Assembly (NCBI GenBank): GCA_965219995.1
Contig: CBDCOX010000002.1
Location: 1,184,001 to 1,248,000, forward strand
Length of the DNA stretch: 64,000 bases
From: Candidatus Latescibacterota bacterium
GTDB lineage: Bacteria > Latescibacterota > UBA2968 > GCA-2709665
Direction: 5' to 3'
The notes under the pieces were generated by a model. That model saw only the letters and a program-made list of their open reading frames with translations, did no database searches and was not told the DNA's origin. The position numbers and the translations under genes are program-made. Below, in pieces: positions 62,148 through 64,000 of the stretch (position 1 is its first letter; each line of letters starts with the position of its first letter).

Positions 62148-62915
62148 ATGGTAAAAAGCATCCGCCAGCGGGCGCTCGACCGCGACCTGGTCGCCGGGAC
62201 ATTCCTGAATCTGGGTTCGCCCGTAACGGCCGAAATCGCCGGGAAGAGCGGTCTCGACTGGGTCCTGATCGACATTGAACACGGCGCGTCAGACCTGGAA
62301 ACGCTGCGAGTCCAGCTTCAGGTCGTCTCCGGCACGCCCGCCGTGCCCATCGTCCGCATTGCGGCCAATGAACCGCCGCGATTCAAGCGCGTGCTGGATA
62401 TGGGCGCATCGGGAGTGATGGTGCCCTACGTGAGCACGGCGGCCGAGGCCGAGCGGGCGGTGGCCTCAACCCGTTATCCCCCGCGCGGCATCCGGGGTGT
62501 GGCCAAGTTGAACCGCGGCAGCGAGTTCGGCCGCGATTTCGATGAATATTTCGAATCCTCACACAAGTTCCTCACGACAGTCGTGCAAATCGAGACCCCG
62601 GAAGCCGTGGCCGCCATCGACGATATCGCGGCGGTAGACGGCGTGGACGTCCTGTTCATCGGCCCGCTCGACCTCAGCGTCAACCTGGGAATTCCGCAGC
62701 AGTTCGACCATCCCAGGTTTCTGGAAGCCAGGGCCAGGGTCTCCGAAGCCGCCAGGCGAGCGGGCAAAGCCGCGGGAATCCTGCTGCTGGACCCCGGTCA
62801 CCTCGACGCCGCGGTGCGGGACGGATTCACCTTTGTCGCGCTCGGGTCCGACGGCGGCCTTGTCGCGGCCGGCATGCAGAACATCGCGGCCGCCTTCGAT
62901 CCTTACAGGAAATAG
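62148..62915 (+). CDS. HpcH/HpaI aldolase family protein
   Basis: DWVLIDIEHG, RYPPRGIRG, QIET, LFIGPLDLS. Confidence 0.9.
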   Translation: MVKSIRQRALDRDLVAGTFLNLGSPVTAEIAGKSGLDWVLIDIEHGASDLETLRVQLQVVSGTPAVPIVRIAANEPPRFKRVLDMGASGVMVPYVSTAAEAERAVASTRYPPRGIRGVAKLNRGSEFGRDFDEYFESSHKFLTTVVQIETPEAVAAIDDIAAVDGVDVLFIGPLDLSVNLGIPQQFDHPRFLEARARVSEAARRAGKAAGILLLDPGHLDAAVRDGFTFVALGSDGGLVAAGMQNIAAAFDPYRK

Positions 62916-62961
62916 CGACACGCCGCGGCTGCCCGAAGCGACGGCGACGGGAGACCCAGGG

Positions 62962-63912
62962 ATGAGCGACTGCCGCACATTGAGGGAATCGATGAACGCG
63001 CAAGGGGTCTTCGTCTTTGTCATGACTCCGATGAAGACGGCCCTGAACCGGCAGGGCGTCTACCGGATCGATACGGCGGGCCTGGAGAAAAATGCGCGAT
63101 ATTTCGGAGGGGTCAGGGGCCGGAAAACCCTGGTGATCTGTGGCGGTTCCGGGGAATTCTACGCACTCTCGCCATCGGAAGTCAGAGACCTGGCCGCCGC
63201 GGCGGTTGCGGGCGCGCGGGGGAAGTGCGCCATCGTGTGCGGTATTGGAGGAAGCACGGGAACCGCCGTGAAGATGGCGGAAAACGCCCAGCAGGCGGGC
63301 TGCGACGCCCTGCTTGTAATGCCGCACGACCCGATCGTCGCCCGCGGAGAGGGGGCGATCTGGCGGCATCATTGCGCAATCGCGAGAGCCGCTGACATCG
63401 GCATGATCCCCTTCCGGGCCCCCCGGCAACTCCTTTCAATCGATCTGGTAAAGCGGTTTTCCGGGATGGAAAGGGTCGTGGCCATCAAGGAGGAGAGCAA
63501 CGCGGTCGACTGGGTGCGTACCGGCTGCAGGGTTCTGGGCAACCGCGTACCCATCATTACCGGGGGCGGCGAGAATATGGCGCCGTACTACTATCTCGCG
63601 GGCGCCCGGGGGTTCACTACGGGGATGGCCAACCTCACGTTGCCGATGTCCATTGCCATGCACAACGCCTGCATTCGACGCCGCTGGAACGCTGCGATGG
63701 ATCTTCGCGACACCTTCGAGCCGCTGACTTCCCTGAGGGGCGAACTCGGAACGCCCATGCTCAAGGCGGGGCTGGAAATGATGGGTCTTGCCGGCGGGCC
63801 GATGCGGGTCGCGCCGGAGTCGCATTCGACGGGAACCCCGTCCGACGGCGTACTCACAGCAAAGGACCGCGCCAGGGTCCGTAGCCTGCTCAAGAAAAAG
63901 GGGGTGCTGTAG
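62962..63912 (+). CDS. Dihydrodipicolinate synthase family protein (KdgD-like)
   Basis: TP motif, GGSGEFYALS, GCDALLVMP, Schiff-base VVAIKE, GARGFTTG. Confidence 0.8.
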   Translation: MSDCRTLRESMNAQGVFVFVMTPMKTALNRQGVYRIDTAGLEKNARYFGGVRGRKTLVICGGSGEFYALSPSEVRDLAAAAVAGARGKCAIVCGIGGSTGTAVKMAENAQQAGCDALLVMPHDPIVARGEGAIWRHHCAIARAADIGMIPFRAPRQLLSIDLVKRFSGMERVVAIKEESNAVDWVRTGCRVLGNRVPIITGGGENMAPYYYLAGARGFTTGMANLTLPMSIAMHNACIRRRWNAAMDLRDTFEPLTSLRGELGTPMLKAGLEMMGLAGGPMRVAPESHSTGTPSDGVLTAKDRARVRSLLKKKGVL

Positions 63913-64000
63913 TCCTCACACCCCGGCACGCCGCTTGTGCACCGTATCGGGACGGTCGACACGCAATCCAGTGACCGTCCAACGTAGATCGTTACCCGCG

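Overview
GC-rich bacterial chromosomal segment. The gene repertoire (long-form IspG, Gld-like ABC system, DUF6785 and M28-FtsX proteins, serpin and ankyrin lipoproteins) is reminiscent of FCB-group lineages such as Latescibacteria, but this is inference only. The backbone is housekeeping: ispG-dnaG-tRNA(CAT), HU/IHF, ilvN-leuACDB-cimA-alaC-argJ-aspC-accA, comEC, truA-htrA-pssA-tatA-gatAB and a speD-speE fusion. Next to the tRNA lies a visibly AT-richer, partly decayed defence-type islet: a DNA-methyltransferase pseudogene missed by the ORF track, an intact ABC/AAA_21 ATPase + DUF4276 pair, a UvrD helicase remnant and a Cas4-like nuclease. The most striking items are (1) an ECF sigma factor fused to what looks like domains II-III of the DNA sliding clamp DnaN, and (2) a 1506-aa PA/M28-fold + FtsX-permease fusion whose zinc-ligand motifs are rewritten, lying downstream of a DUF6785 polytopic membrane protein with no ATPase nearby. 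Also noted: a eukaryote-type pyrimidine 5'-nucleotidase, a candidate 12-aa micropeptide unit, a MITE-like element whose end forms the leuB stop codon, and an orphan promoter region with small hydrophobic ORFs. All family calls come from motif recognition by eye; no database searches were run.
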